From positions 64,001 to 128,000 of the IMG/VR virus record IMGVR_UViG_3300042922_000850: a DNA stretch of 64,000 nt. One strand, written 5' to 3'. Below the pieces are notes generated by a model. The model did not search any database. It saw only the letters and a list, made by a program, of their open reading frames with translations, and had not been told where the DNA came from. A program made the translations under genes and the position numbers. Within the stretch, counting starts at the first letter, position 1, and every line of letters begins with the position of its first letter. This DNA is from a virus. This document shows positions 46,624 to 56,889 of the stretch, piece by piece.

Positions 46624-47931
46624 ATGAGAAAAATTAAACTGGTAATTCTGCATAATTTTAAGTCTCATGCTCACAGCGAAATTCCATTCGATGATTTTAC
46701 TGCGATAATCGGCCCATCGAATAGTGGCAAGTCAACAGTTTTTAAGGCTATTCGTCTGTGCTTATATAATGAACCATCAGGAGATCGATTCATTACGCAT
46801 GGCGAAAAATTATGTTATGTAGAGGTAAGATTTGATGATAACTCCGGGATACGAAGAACTCGTGGTAAGGATGACCAGGAGATAAACCTCTATGAAATCA
46901 TTCATACAGATGGTAAAGTTGATCCCTATACAAATTTCGGGGCAGGTCCGGTTGCTCCCATTATCGCATTTCATGGTATGCCAAAAGTAAATTTATTTGG
47001 CGAAGAGGAATGTTTGAATATGGCAGACCAATTTTCTGCACCCTTTTTGCTAACCTCGACTTCTGAAAAACGGGCAAAAATGATTGGTAAAATAGCTAAG
47101 ACTGACGTCGCTGACCTTGCTCTCTCAAATCTTAATTCTGAGGTAAGAAATAGAACTGCCTTAAAGAAGAAATATACCAAGGAACTCAAAGAAAAACATG
47201 AATCACTCAAGGAACTAAAGGATTTGCCTTATGCTGAAAGCTTGATAGATTCGCTAGACCTAAAACTTGATAAGGCGAAGAATATCGACAATAGACTAAG
47301 GCGAATTATGGTTATACAAAAAGAATTAGAAGCGCTGACGAAGAAAAAAGACAGTCTCTTTGATTTCATTCAAAAAGAAGCTGACATAAATAATCTGATC
47401 AATCAATTAGATGGGATATTGGCCTTAGACCACAGAATGACAAAGATAATAACCATCCAGAGGAATTTGATAAAGGCTATCGGAGAAAAAGATGCTACGC
47501 AAAGATTAATCGATACCGTAGATATGGATCAGCTTGGCGCTATTTGTATAGATATGGATAAGCTTCTTTCCGTTACTGCAGATGTATTCCATATTCAAAA
47601 GATACAAGAAAAATTAGAGTCAGAGATAAAACGGAAGGGTATCGCAGAAAAAACAATTAAAGATGTTCCAGATGTTGATCTTATTGTCAGTGAATTGGAA
47701 AATTGCCGCTCAACCCTGCTAAGCTTAAACAATATTCTTTCGATTAAGTCAAAACTTGATACAGAAAAGTTAAGGGTACCGAGAGGAAGAGAGGTTATAG
47801 CAAACCTTGAAAAACAATATACTGGTAAATTCGAAATATATAAGCAAGCTCTGATTGATAATAAACAGTGTCCTGTCTGTCAATCAGAAATAACAGAGGA
47901 GAAAGTGGCCGCAATCACAGACTTGATGTAA
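46624..47931 (+). CDS. sbcC: SbcC/Rad50 N-terminal half (Walker A to zinc hook)
   Basis: NFKSH, GPSNSGKS, Q-loop, coiled coil, ends shortly after CPVC. Confidence 0.85.
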   Translation: MRKIKLVILHNFKSHAHSEIPFDDFTAIIGPSNSGKSTVFKAIRLCLYNEPSGDRFITHGEKLCYVEVRFDDNSGIRRTRGKDDQEINLYEIIHTDGKVDPYTNFGAGPVAPIIAFHGMPKVNLFGEEECLNMADQFSAPFLLTSTSEKRAKMIGKIAKTDVADLALSNLNSEVRNRTALKKKYTKELKEKHESLKELKDLPYAESLIDSLDLKLDKAKNIDNRLRRIMVIQKELEALTKKKDSLFDFIQKEADINNLINQLDGILALDHRMTKIITIQRNLIKAIGEKDATQRLIDTVDMDQLGAICIDMDKLLSVTADVFHIQKIQEKLESEIKRKGIAEKTIKDVPDVDLIVSELENCRSTLLSLNNILSIKSKLDTEKLRVPRGREVIANLEKQYTGKFEIYKQALIDNKQCPVCQSEITEEKVAAITDLM

Positions 47932-47943
47932 GGAGGTGGCATA

Positions 47944-50900
47944 ATGCAAGAAGAAAAAGATCGCGATAAGTTTACTCATTTGCACGTACATACCCAAGGT
48001 TCGTTAGCAGATTCTATGTTAAAAGAAATTGAACTTGCAAAAGCAATTAAAGCAAAAGGGATGCACGCAGTTGCGATTACAGATCACGGTAATATGTTCA
48101 ATGTAATAAAGTTCTATAAAGCTTGTAAGCGTGAGGGTATTAAGCCAATAATCGGTATGGAAGCTTATGTCGCCCCGAGATCTAATTTATTAAAACAACA
48201 TAAAATAGATGATGCAAATTACCATTTGGTTCTACTCGCAGAAAACAATGATGGTTATCAGAATTTAATGAGTATTGCTTCAGATTCATCAATTAACGGT
48301 ATGTACTATAGGCCTAGAACAGACAAGTCGAAACTAAGAGAATGGAGCAAAGGCATAATCGCTTTATCTGCTTGTTTAGGTGGAGAGGTTCAGCAATATA
48401 TTCTCGAAAAAGATTACAATACGGCAAAGAAAGTTGCTTTAGAATATCAAGATATTTTTGGAGTTGGTAATTTCTTTTTAGAATTGCAAGACCATGGCCT
48501 GCCTGAACAAAAGATGGTAAATGAAGCTTTGCTTAAAATGAGCAAGGAGACGAATATACCTCTGGTTTGCACAAATGACTGCCATTATCTAACCAATGGC
48601 GATTATGAGCCACACGACGTTCTCATGGCTATCCAAGCAAAGACCACAGTAGATAGCGAAAAACGAAAAAAGTATGGATCGGATCAATTCTATGTAAAAA
48701 CGCAAGAAGAAATGGAACAACTATTCAGTTATATCCCAGAGGCGCTTGAAAATACAGTAAAGATTGCAGAGCGATGTAATGTGGTAATTGATTTTCACTC
48801 TAATAAATTACCGCCATTCCGGTTACCGGCTAACTTTACTGGGACTAATTTCGAATATCTTATGATGCTTACGTATAAAGGTTTGAAGAAATTTTATGGT
48901 GAAATAACGCCAGAGATTAAAGAAAAAGCTGAATACGAAGCAAATGTTGTAAATGGTATGGGTTATGTAAATTACTTCTTAATTGTGTGGGACTTTTTCC
49001 GGTTCTGCATTGAGGGAACTGATGAACCAGGCCAACCAAGTCCTCCAGGATGGATACCAATTTTAACAGGTCCAGGCAGAGGAAGCGGAGCAGGAAGTAT
49101 TCTGTTATATGCCTTAGAAATTACTAAAATAGATCCAATAAGATATGACCTTTTGTTCGAGAGATTTTTAGACCCATCTCGTGTTTCCATGCCAGATGTG
49201 GATAGCGATTTCGAATATGAGAGAAGACAGGAGGTTATTGATTATGTAATTCGAAAATACGGAAGACAATCTGTGTGCCAGATTATAACGTACGGCACAT
49301 TAGCAGCAAGGGCCGCTATTCGAGCAGTTGGTAAAGCGCTTGATTTGCCGTATAGTATTTATGATGAAACGGCAAAAATGATACCGATTGAACCGGGGAT
49401 TACAATTAAAGATGCTCTGGAACAAAATCCAGATTTATTTCGTAAGTACGATAATGATGAAATCATACATCGTCTGCTTAATATTTCTATGAGACTAGAA
49501 GGACTACCGACTTATACAAGTACTCATGCTGCAGGTGTGTTAATCACGGATGATCGTGGAGTTACCGCACACGTTCCGGTTTGGGCAAATGAGGGCGCGA
49601 TTGTATCTCAATATGATATGAATATACTTGAAGAGTTAGGGCTTCTGAAAATGGACTTCCTTGGGCTTCGTACACTAGGAGTAATTCGAGAAGCTATGGA
49701 CATGATTAAGAAAAACCATGGGGTTACAGTTGACCTTGATCAGGTTTATCAATGTCTGGATATGGCTCCGCTACGATTACTTGAAGAAGGGAAGACAGAT
49801 GGTATTTTCCAGTTAGAAGGTGGCGGTCTAACTGAGTTTGTAAGAGAGTTAAAGCCAAAGAGCATGGAAGAGTGGATTGCTGTAATTTCTCTCTATCGCC
49901 CAGGACCAATGGATTCAATTCCACAATATATGGCCAATCGAAGAAACCCGGACCTTATCCAATATCCGTTCGAGGTATTACGAGAAGTGCTTGGGGAAAC
50001 CTTTGGAGTCCTCTGCTATCAAGAGCAATGTATGAAATCTGTTATTATTGTATCAGGATATGATAAATCCGACTCTGATGGCTTTCGTAAGGTTATTTCG
50101 AAGAAGAAGAAAGACCTAATCCCATTACATCGAAAATGGTTTATCGACGGAAGAAACCAAGTGGATTTGGACGAATACGGAAAGCAAAAGGACTATGGGC
50201 ACGTTATACCAGGAGGCATTACAAAAGGGCAAGCAAGAGAAGCTTTAGAGAGGTTCTTCGATAAGATGGAGGACTTTGGTAAATATGCTTTTAACAAATC
50301 CCATGCCGCAGCGTATGCCGTTGTTGGATATGTAACTGCGTGGCTGAAGTTCTATTATCCAGTAGAATTTATGGCGGCATTAATGAATTCTTTAGCAGGA
50401 GCTACAAAGCAAACAAAAACCGCTCGTTATATTAACCACTGCAGAAACAGTCTTGGTATTGATATTGTTGCACCAGATATTAACACGAGTGAGGAAAGAT
50501 TTGTTGCCACAGAAGATGGAAAAATCATCTTTACATTAAACGCAAAAAATGTATCAGCGACTAGCTTGCAAATCATTAAAGCGCAAAGAGCCACATCTAA
50601 ATTTAGAGACTTTGATGACTTTATACGCAGAACTCTCGACGGAGTGGGAAAACAAGATATTACTGCGTTCGCTTCTATAGGAGCATTTGATAGCCTTGGT
50701 AGCATAAGTTCACAAATCACTGCAGGAGCCGCCGATATTGCTGACAAGATGTCCAAAACCAAACAAGCAAGAGCCAGAGCAAGAAATTCGGGGAGAGCAT
50801 TTGAAATTGAAAAATGGTTAACCCTCGATGTAGCTATACCTTATGGTATAAAAGAGTTTCCGAACAGAGTTCGTTGGGCTTTGGAAAAAGAATATCTGGG

Positions 50901-51501
50901 ATTATATCTAACAGGCCACCCAATCTATGACTATCTTTATTACTCAGAACAATACTCTAATTTTAAGCTATCCGAGTTAGATTACGAGATCGATGAAGAA
51001 ACCGGATTGGTAATTATGAGTACACCAATCCACGGAAGAAAAACAGTAAGGTTTGTTGGAATGTTTAGCAGCATAAAGAAAACCATTACAAGAAAGAATA
51101 AAGAAAAGATGGCTATCGCAGAAGTTGAAGACTTAACCGGTACCGCAAAGATGATGATATGGCCAAATAATTATCTGGCTGTGGAAGACTTATTATCTAC
51201 GGATAAGGTCTACGACTTTACAGGATATATTAAAACAGATCCAGAGGAACCACCGGTCATTGTCCTAACTTCTCTCGAACCACTTGAAATACCAAAAATC
51301 AAGAAGCTCGTTATTCGAGAAAACGACAGGTTTAAACTCAAATCCGTTGTTGATTCCATTCGTTACAACAGACTTTTTAGAGGAGATACTCCGGTATATG
51401 TGGAGTGTGGTAATATCAGGTTGCTGCTTGATAATAAATGCTGGGTAAACTTGGACACAATAGACTTGAGTGAGTGCGAATATCAAATTATTGACAAATA
51501 A
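47944..51501 (+). CDS. dnaE: DNA polymerase III alpha subunit (family C)
   Basis: PHP HLHVH/TDHG, GPGRGSGAGS, FERFL, MPDVDSDF, KMDFLGL, YAFNKSHA, C-terminal OB fold. Confidence 0.97.
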   Translation: MQEEKDRDKFTHLHVHTQGSLADSMLKEIELAKAIKAKGMHAVAITDHGNMFNVIKFYKACKREGIKPIIGMEAYVAPRSNLLKQHKIDDANYHLVLLAENNDGYQNLMSIASDSSINGMYYRPRTDKSKLREWSKGIIALSACLGGEVQQYILEKDYNTAKKVALEYQDIFGVGNFFLELQDHGLPEQKMVNEALLKMSKETNIPLVCTNDCHYLTNGDYEPHDVLMAIQAKTTVDSEKRKKYGSDQFYVKTQEEMEQLFSYIPEALENTVKIAERCNVVIDFHSNKLPPFRLPANFTGTNFEYLMMLTYKGLKKFYGEITPEIKEKAEYEANVVNGMGYVNYFLIVWDFFRFCIEGTDEPGQPSPPGWIPILTGPGRGSGAGSILLYALEITKIDPIRYDLLFERFLDPSRVSMPDVDSDFEYERRQEVIDYVIRKYGRQSVCQIITYGTLAARAAIRAVGKALDLPYSIYDETAKMIPIEPGITIKDALEQNPDLFRKYDNDEIIHRLLNISMRLEGLPTYTSTHAAGVLITDDRGVTAHVPVWANEGAIVSQYDMNILEELGLLKMDFLGLRTLGVIREAMDMIKKNHGVTVDLDQVYQCLDMAPLRLLEEGKTDGIFQLEGGGLTEFVRELKPKSMEEWIAVISLYRPGPMDSIPQYMANRRNPDLIQYPFEVLREVLGETFGVLCYQEQCMKSVIIVSGYDKSDSDGFRKVISKKKKDLIPLHRKWFIDGRNQVDLDEYGKQKDYGHVIPGGITKGQAREALERFFDKMEDFGKYAFNKSHAAAYAVVGYVTAWLKFYYPVEFMAALMNSLAGATKQTKTARYINHCRNSLGIDIVAPDINTSEERFVATEDGKIIFTLNAKNVSATSLQIIKAQRATSKFRDFDDFIRRTLDGVGKQDITAFASIGAFDSLGSISSQITAGAADIADKMSKTKQARARARNSGRAFEIEKWLTLDVAIPYGIKEFPNRVRWALEKEYLGLYLTGHPIYDYLYYSEQYSNFKLSELDYEIDEETGLVIMSTPIHGRKTVRFVGMFSSIKKTITRKNKEKMAIAEVEDLTGTAKMMIWPNNYLAVEDLLSTDKVYDFTGYIKTDPEEPPVIVLTSLEPLEIPKIKKLVIRENDRFKLKSVVDSIRYNRLFRGDTPVYVECGNIRLLLDNKCWVNLDTIDLSECEYQIIDK

Positions 51502-51515
51502 AGGAGGCTATTTAT

Positions 51516-51770
51516 ATGGCGACAATTACAGAAAATGATATCTTAAAAGTAAAAAACGAGGCTCTTGCAATCAGAGACCAGGTGATTTCTGCAAAATCAA
51601 CACTTGAAAACGTAACAACTAATATTAAAAATTATGAGGAAGAATTGAGACAATTAGATGTTGACCCAGATAAGATAGATGAAAAAATTGCCGAGATGTC
51701 AGCACAGCGAGATGAGATTTACACATCTTCCTTACAAACCATAAATGATTGGAAATCAAAAATGGTTTAG
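51516..51770 (+). CDS. small coiled-coil protein, possible middle piece of split SbcC
   Basis: All-helical heptads; gene position. Confidence 0.6.
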   Translation: MATITENDILKVKNEALAIRDQVISAKSTLENVTTNIKNYEEELRQLDVDPDKIDEKIAEMSAQRDEIYTSSLQTINDWKSKMV

Positions 51771-51781
51771 GGGGAAGATGA

Positions 51782-52762
51782 TTGCTCGGTAAACCGTGGA
51801 CAGATGCAGATAAAGACTTCTTAATTAAGTCATACGCTGAAGAAAGTATCGAATACATATCTGATTATCTAGGCAGAAGTAAAAATGCTGTTATGGCCAA
51901 AGCCAGAGAACTTGACTTGAAAAAGATAGTCAAAAAGAATACTTGGACAGAACAAGAGATTTCTTATTTGGTAAAGATGTACCCTAAACAAAGTGCCAAA
52001 TACATCGCTAAGAAATTAGGGCGTGGGGTCGATGCGGTCTTCCGTATGGCACACAAAATGAATTTAACAAAGAAAAGGGGCAGAAAAGCAAAACCCAGAT
52101 GGACACAAGACGAAATATTCTACCTCACAAATTTATATGCAACAAAAGATATTAAAAAGATTGCGGAAAGATTAGGAAGAACGGAATCGGCTGTAATTCA
52201 TAAGGCTTCACAACTTCATTTATTCAGGGAGAAGAATTACAATCGAAACGGTGTTCCTTGGGCAGACTCGGAGTTCGATTATCTGAGAAAACACTATGCA
52301 ACAAAGAATACCGTAACGCTATCCATTGAGATGGATCGCCCAATAAGCACTATTCAGGAGTATGCAGCTAGGATGGGTATACACAAGAAAAGAGCCGCCG
52401 CACCTAAGCCACTTCGAAAAATAAGTCATGGCGGTATAGGGAAGTGGACGGATTGGGAATCGCAATATCTTAGAGAGACGTATGATATATTCCATTGGAA
52501 ACACATGCGTTATGATGCATTGTGTCGTTCTCCCAAGTCAATCAACAAAAGATTAAAAACCATGGGACTATACGAACTACGTGTACGAAGAGTTCGTAGT
52601 TATACGGTAGTTTTTTATTACCGAACAGAAGAAGAACTGAGACAAAAATGGGAATATGTGAATTTTTGGAAAGAGGTGACAAACGATGCTTACCCAGGAT
52701 CAAGAAAAGATGGCTACAGATTTCGAGGCAGCATTGCAGCAGTTGAAAGAGGCTGTAAGTAA
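51782..52762 (+). CDS. protein with five tandem Myb/HTH-like repeats
   Basis: W(T/A)xxE..YL...Y......IA..LGR...AV...A..L repeated five times. Confidence 0.8.
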   Translation: MLGKPWTDADKDFLIKSYAEESIEYISDYLGRSKNAVMAKARELDLKKIVKKNTWTEQEISYLVKMYPKQSAKYIAKKLGRGVDAVFRMAHKMNLTKKRGRKAKPRWTQDEIFYLTNLYATKDIKKIAERLGRTESAVIHKASQLHLFREKNYNRNGVPWADSEFDYLRKHYATKNTVTLSIEMDRPISTIQEYAARMGIHKKRAAAPKPLRKISHGGIGKWTDWESQYLRETYDIFHWKHMRYDALCRSPKSINKRLKTMGLYELRVRRVRSYTVVFYYRTEEELRQKWEYVNFWKEVTNDAYPGSRKDGYRFRGSIAAVERGCK

Positions 52763-53378
52763 AATGCGATTTAGAAAGGAAACTCTTCTAAACGACTCTG
52801 AAAAGTTACAAAAAGACATCGATGATTTAAAGATTGGTGATTATGATAAGGCAGCTATCCTGATGAATAAATTAGCAAACAATCAACGGGCAGCGGCAAG
52901 TGAACAGTTATCTAAATTAGGGACGATGGCGTTACAGTATACTTTTGGCCCTAACTATGAGATGCAAATTGAAATGGCAGGGACTTTGAAAAAGCCTAAA
53001 GCAGACATATGGTTTATTCAAGATGGAAAAGTCGATGAAAGAGAAGATCCGATGGAAGACAATGGTGGTGGCGTTGTCGATATTATTGGTTCCTCCATGC
53101 GCGTAGTGATTATGGATAACTATTCTGATGCTTCAAAAGGAATTCCTTATATTGATGGACCGATCCTATTTGATGAACCCTTCAAGATGGTTAGTAGTGA
53201 ATACATACCTCAAATGAGCGAATTTATTTCTAACGTAGCGAAGGATTTTAACCGACAGGTTATTGCGGTAACCCATAACGATTATCTATCATCTATGACA
53301 GACTCAAACATTTTTATCTCATTGGATGAGAACAAAAGGAGCGTTGTCGTTATACAAAAGAACAAAAAGGAGGAATAA
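52686..53378 (+). CDS. sbcC: SbcC/Rad50 C-terminal half
   Basis: Signature-like NGGG, Walker B ILFDEPF, H-loop AVTH. Confidence 0.85.
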   Translation: MLTQDQEKMATDFEAALQQLKEAVSKMRFRKETLLNDSEKLQKDIDDLKIGDYDKAAILMNKLANNQRAAASEQLSKLGTMALQYTFGPNYEMQIEMAGTLKKPKADIWFIQDGKVDEREDPMEDNGGGVVDIIGSSMRVVIMDNYSDASKGIPYIDGPILFDEPFKMVSSEYIPQMSEFISNVAKDFNRQVIAVTHNDYLSSMTDSNIFISLDENKRSVVVIQKNKKEE

Positions 53379-53660
53379 ATGCCCATGCTATTATTCGGGA
53401 AGAAAGAAAGTGTTTGTGCACCAACCCCAAAGTATCGGACCGAAATTTCCAAATTGGTTGATGAGCGAAAAGCAGTACAAAATGTAATGCGGTTTATCTG
53501 TGATCCGGATTTGTATAATGTTTACCAGGATAAGTTACAGAATATTGATGCGGAACTTGGTTTACTATATAAAAAGGCTCGCACAGAAAACGAAAGGAAT
53601 GATCAGTTGTATGTTGTCACCTCAACTATTAAGCAATATCAAAAAAATCTTTATCAATAA
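53379..53660 (+). CDS. hypothetical protein
   Basis: AAGGAGG RBS. Confidence 0.6.
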   Translation: MPMLLFGKKESVCAPTPKYRTEISKLVDERKAVQNVMRFICDPDLYNVYQDKLQNIDAELGLLYKKARTENERNDQLYVVTSTIKQYQKNLYQ

Positions 53661-54075
53661 AATTGAATTGATGCAACAACGCGATGAATTACGAACCTCC
53701 GTCGCAAATGGAAAAGACTTTTTTTATAAGTACGCAAAGTCTGGTGATGGCAAGCTTCTTGGCGATGGTGCTCAAAGGATGTTGGAGATAATCCAGCGGA
53801 TAGCGGACATTGAGAGTGAAATAAAAAGGATGGATACTCTGATTATTTCAAACCTAGAAATGGAAATTAACCAAGTTAATTTTAAGTTTGTCATCCCGCA
53901 ACACCCAAATGATGCGGGCGATATTATACAAAGCACAGAATATTTTGTAACAAATGAGGATACTTCAAGAGAAAATAGCTTGGATATTAATGATTTATGG
54001 ACTATTATACTTTTGAAGGAGATGTTTGATGTTAAAAACGTTGAGCTAATTCCGAAAGAGAAAGGTGGTGAATAA
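53500..54075 (+). CDS. hypothetical protein; true start probably downstream
   Basis: ORF overlaps the upstream gene. Confidence 0.55.
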   Translation: MIRICIMFTRISYRILMRNLVYYIKRLAQKTKGMISCMLSPQLLSNIKKIFINKIELMQQRDELRTSVANGKDFFYKYAKSGDGKLLGDGAQRMLEIIQRIADIESEIKRMDTLIISNLEMEINQVNFKFVIPQHPNDAGDIIQSTEYFVTNEDTSRENSLDINDLWTIILLKEMFDVKNVELIPKEKGGE

Positions 54076-54328
54076 GATGTTTATTAATTTTTACGATGAG
54101 TTAGAAATGATCGACGAGTTAAAACAGAGAGTTGGCGAACTTGTAGTTTTACACTATGAGTGTGAAGACTGCGGGACCGATCAGGTAACAGATGAGTTAG
54201 AGATAACTTCTGACATGATTGATGATTTACAAGCAGATGGATATTTTATGTGTAGTTGGCCTTGTACTGATTGCGGCGCAAACACTAAGTTTATGAGAAC
54301 AGACATGATGAGGGGAATTGAGTACTAG
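54065..54328 (+). CDS. acidic zinc-ribbon protein
   Basis: CEDC...CTDC. Confidence 0.65.
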   Translation: MVNKMFINFYDELEMIDELKQRVGELVVLHYECEDCGTDQVTDELEITSDMIDDLQADGYFMCSWPCTDCGANTKFMRTDMMRGIEY

Positions 54329-54514
54329 GCATACGGGGGTAAAGTGGAATGTGTATTTTTAAGAAGGTTGCTACTGCTATATTAAAGTTCGTGACAGTAG
54401 TTGTTGTACCAGCTACATATCTTTTAATCAAAGGGTTCGTTGATTCTATGTTCCCGTCTTCTGCACGAGAAATATTTGAAAATTCATAATCTCAAATATT
54501 TCTCGTATAAGAAA

Positions 54515-54670
54515 GGTGAAGCGGGGCAACCCCGCCTGGAAACGATAATATACAGGCTTGTTATATAGTATGTTTGTAAGGTTAGCAAATAAAACAAATA
54601 ACCATATTATCAACGAAATACAAAATATAACTATAATACTAGGCTCTTGGCGGTTTGCCAAGAGCTATTT
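54515..54670 (+). ncRNA. candidate structured small RNA
   Basis: Class I-like motif at 54505, no RBS-led ORF, several stems, terminal hairpin GCTCTTGGC/GCCAAGAGC. Confidence 0.4.
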
Positions 54671-54762
54671 ATTTCATTAAATTTTATGGTATAAGAAAGA
54701 AAAGGTAGAGAAGACACGATTCTCTACCTTTAAATAATTTTATTTAAAGGAGGATAAAAACT

Positions 54763-55701
54763 ATGACTCAAAATTTAGAATCAGTTTTATCATTTTTATT
54801 AAGACCGGCGGTAGAATATAACCTGCCGCAGAAAAAATATTGGGGAACAGTGGTTAAAGAAAATTCAATGTTAGTTGCTTCTGGTAGTTTCACAATTGAA
54901 ATCGGGAACATTCATTTCGACAAAAAGCCAGATGGAGAGTATTTTAGTTTTCTGGAGAGCAAGTTTGCTGAGTTTGCATATCCGCTAAATCCGGCTCAGA
55001 TTCAAGAAAAAGTGAGTTCTCAGTGCAGCTTTGTTGGCAAGGTGGTATTCCCATTAACAAATATTATTAACCGGTTGTCTGATATCGATAAGCAACTCGT
55101 ACCTAATGGCAAGGATTCTATATTGAAACGCTGTAGACTTATCGTGTCTCCTGGGTTTTTAGAATCTGGAGATATGACACTAAAGTTTACAGACAATGGA
55201 AACGGGTGGGAATTCAAACATGCTTCTCTACCAAAACCAGTTCGCCTACACAAAGATTCTGTAATAGGACCTGACGGAATAAGAAAAGATACTGTGTACA
55301 GGTGCGAATTAAAAGATAGCGATGATCTTCTTGTAAATGTAATTGAACCGTATGGAAAAATGAGACTTGGTATTTTATATTCTCCAAAAGGATTTGTACC
55401 GGTGAATTTAGAGGAGATTAACCGAATGAGCGGTAAAATACCACCCGACATGATAATCTGTTCAAATATAATTGAACCGAACCCAATCCCGGCTCCACCA
55501 ATTCATTTAGACGCTAGTACAATGTTCGATTTATTAAATGTATTTTTAATGTGCCAGAACACAGAAAAGATAGAAATGCACTTACCTGATGATCCCAACA
55601 AACCGGTAATGTTTACTAACGTTCCTACGAGTGATGATGATTTAAGAATAAGAGTTGTTGTGGGAACGCTCAACCCGTTCTACGGAGCACAGAGGAGGTA
55701 A
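54763..55701 (+). CDS. putative diverged sliding-clamp (DnaN-like) protein
   Basis: C-terminus IHLDASTMFDLLNVF..EKIEMHL....KPVMF...VVVG resembles beta-clamp domain III. Confidence 0.4.
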   Translation: MTQNLESVLSFLLRPAVEYNLPQKKYWGTVVKENSMLVASGSFTIEIGNIHFDKKPDGEYFSFLESKFAEFAYPLNPAQIQEKVSSQCSFVGKVVFPLTNIINRLSDIDKQLVPNGKDSILKRCRLIVSPGFLESGDMTLKFTDNGNGWEFKHASLPKPVRLHKDSVIGPDGIRKDTVYRCELKDSDDLLVNVIEPYGKMRLGILYSPKGFVPVNLEEINRMSGKIPPDMIICSNIIEPNPIPAPPIHLDASTMFDLLNVFLMCQNTEKIEMHLPDDPNKPVMFTNVPTSDDDLRIRVVVGTLNPFYGAQRR

Positions 55702-55708
55702 TTAGCTA

Positions 55709-56227
55709 GTGTATAGTACTTTTCATGAAAGGTTGGAAGAAGATGCGGATATTGACCTTGAGCACTTCAGTGTCTTGAGGCATACAGGCAAGGAGTTAAT
55801 AGCGCAAGGGGAGAATATCGCCTATCCAATTTTCGCATATGGATGGGACTATCTTCTTTCAAGTACGTTGATTACAATCCATAACAATGACTTCAGGAAG
55901 GAAGTTAAAACAAAGTATCAAGAGGCATTTATTGATGCGGATGACCTGGACTTCATTCCAAGTGTACTAGAAGTCGCAGATGCTATTGATGAATATAATA
56001 TGATTGTTATCCATGATTTTTATAAAAATAATGGATATTCTATCGATGATATTGATGTTATCATTGGAAATTATATTCAAGAGTTCTCATGCTCCATGGA
56101 GGATTGGGTTGAAGAAGTTTTTAGAGATTTTGGATACGCTTATTATGGTTCATCCGTAAGTCGGTGCCACGATATTACGGATGAATATGCTCCACAGAAT
56201 ATACTTCTAGTGGAATTTTTAAGATAG
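55709..56227 (+). CDS. acidic paralog 1 (QN-motif family)
   Basis: APQNILLVEF. Confidence 0.7.
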   Translation: MYSTFHERLEEDADIDLEHFSVLRHTGKELIAQGENIAYPIFAYGWDYLLSSTLITIHNNDFRKEVKTKYQEAFIDADDLDFIPSVLEVADAIDEYNMIVIHDFYKNNGYSIDDIDVIIGNYIQEFSCSMEDWVEEVFRDFGYAYYGSSVSRCHDITDEYAPQNILLVEFLR

Positions 56228-56240
56228 GAGGCACTAATTT

Positions 56241-56885
56241 ATGAACAACCTCGCAATAAAAGGGGACCATTCCTTAGAAACTAGTGACACCCCACGGGTA
56301 TATTTCTATAACAAATATTATAATATGCCGGAAGCATACGACGCGGATACACTATGTAGTATGGTTATTAATCATCCACAGTATACAGAAGATAAGGAGG
56401 AGAACGAGAAGAGAATACTTCAAATCTATAATGATGTAATGGAACAGATGGGTGGCGAAGCTATCCCATCATTTATCGATATTACCGCTTCTGTTTCATC
56501 GTATAATGAAAATATATTTTATAATATAGCTGTTCTTCAAGTAATGGAAAATGGTTCATATTTGGATGTGGACGATATTGAGGAGCTGCTCGAAGAGGAA
56601 ACAACTTCCGTAATGGAGTGGTTTAGTTATAATTTAGAATATTGTAATTTGGATGACTCTATATTTGAACTGTTGCATAGAAATAAATTGTCCTTTTCGG
56701 TGTCTGAAGATGACTCACAATATGAAGATTTAATAAGAGTAGATGAGGTTGTTAGAACTTTGCCAGAAGGCGGAAAAGAATATGACATTATAATTGCTGA
56801 TTGCCAGAACATAATTCTCCCGTGCTTTGGAATTCGTGATTTCTTTTTACAAGACAACCTTATCTTATATAGACCTGGGGAGTGA
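56241..56885 (+). CDS. acidic paralog 2
   Basis: ADCQNIILPCF. Confidence 0.7.
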   Translation: MNNLAIKGDHSLETSDTPRVYFYNKYYNMPEAYDADTLCSMVINHPQYTEDKEENEKRILQIYNDVMEQMGGEAIPSFIDITASVSSYNENIFYNIAVLQVMENGSYLDVDDIEELLEEETTSVMEWFSYNLEYCNLDDSIFELLHRNKLSFSVSEDDSQYEDLIRVDEVVRTLPEGGKEYDIIIADCQNIILPCFGIRDFFLQDNLILYRPGE

Positions 56886-56889
56886 AAAA

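Noticed and set aside
47944-51501. Intein or intron in dnaE
   Set aside because: Length is normal (1185 aa), motifs are contiguous, only short insertions are present, and no splice-junction motifs were seen.
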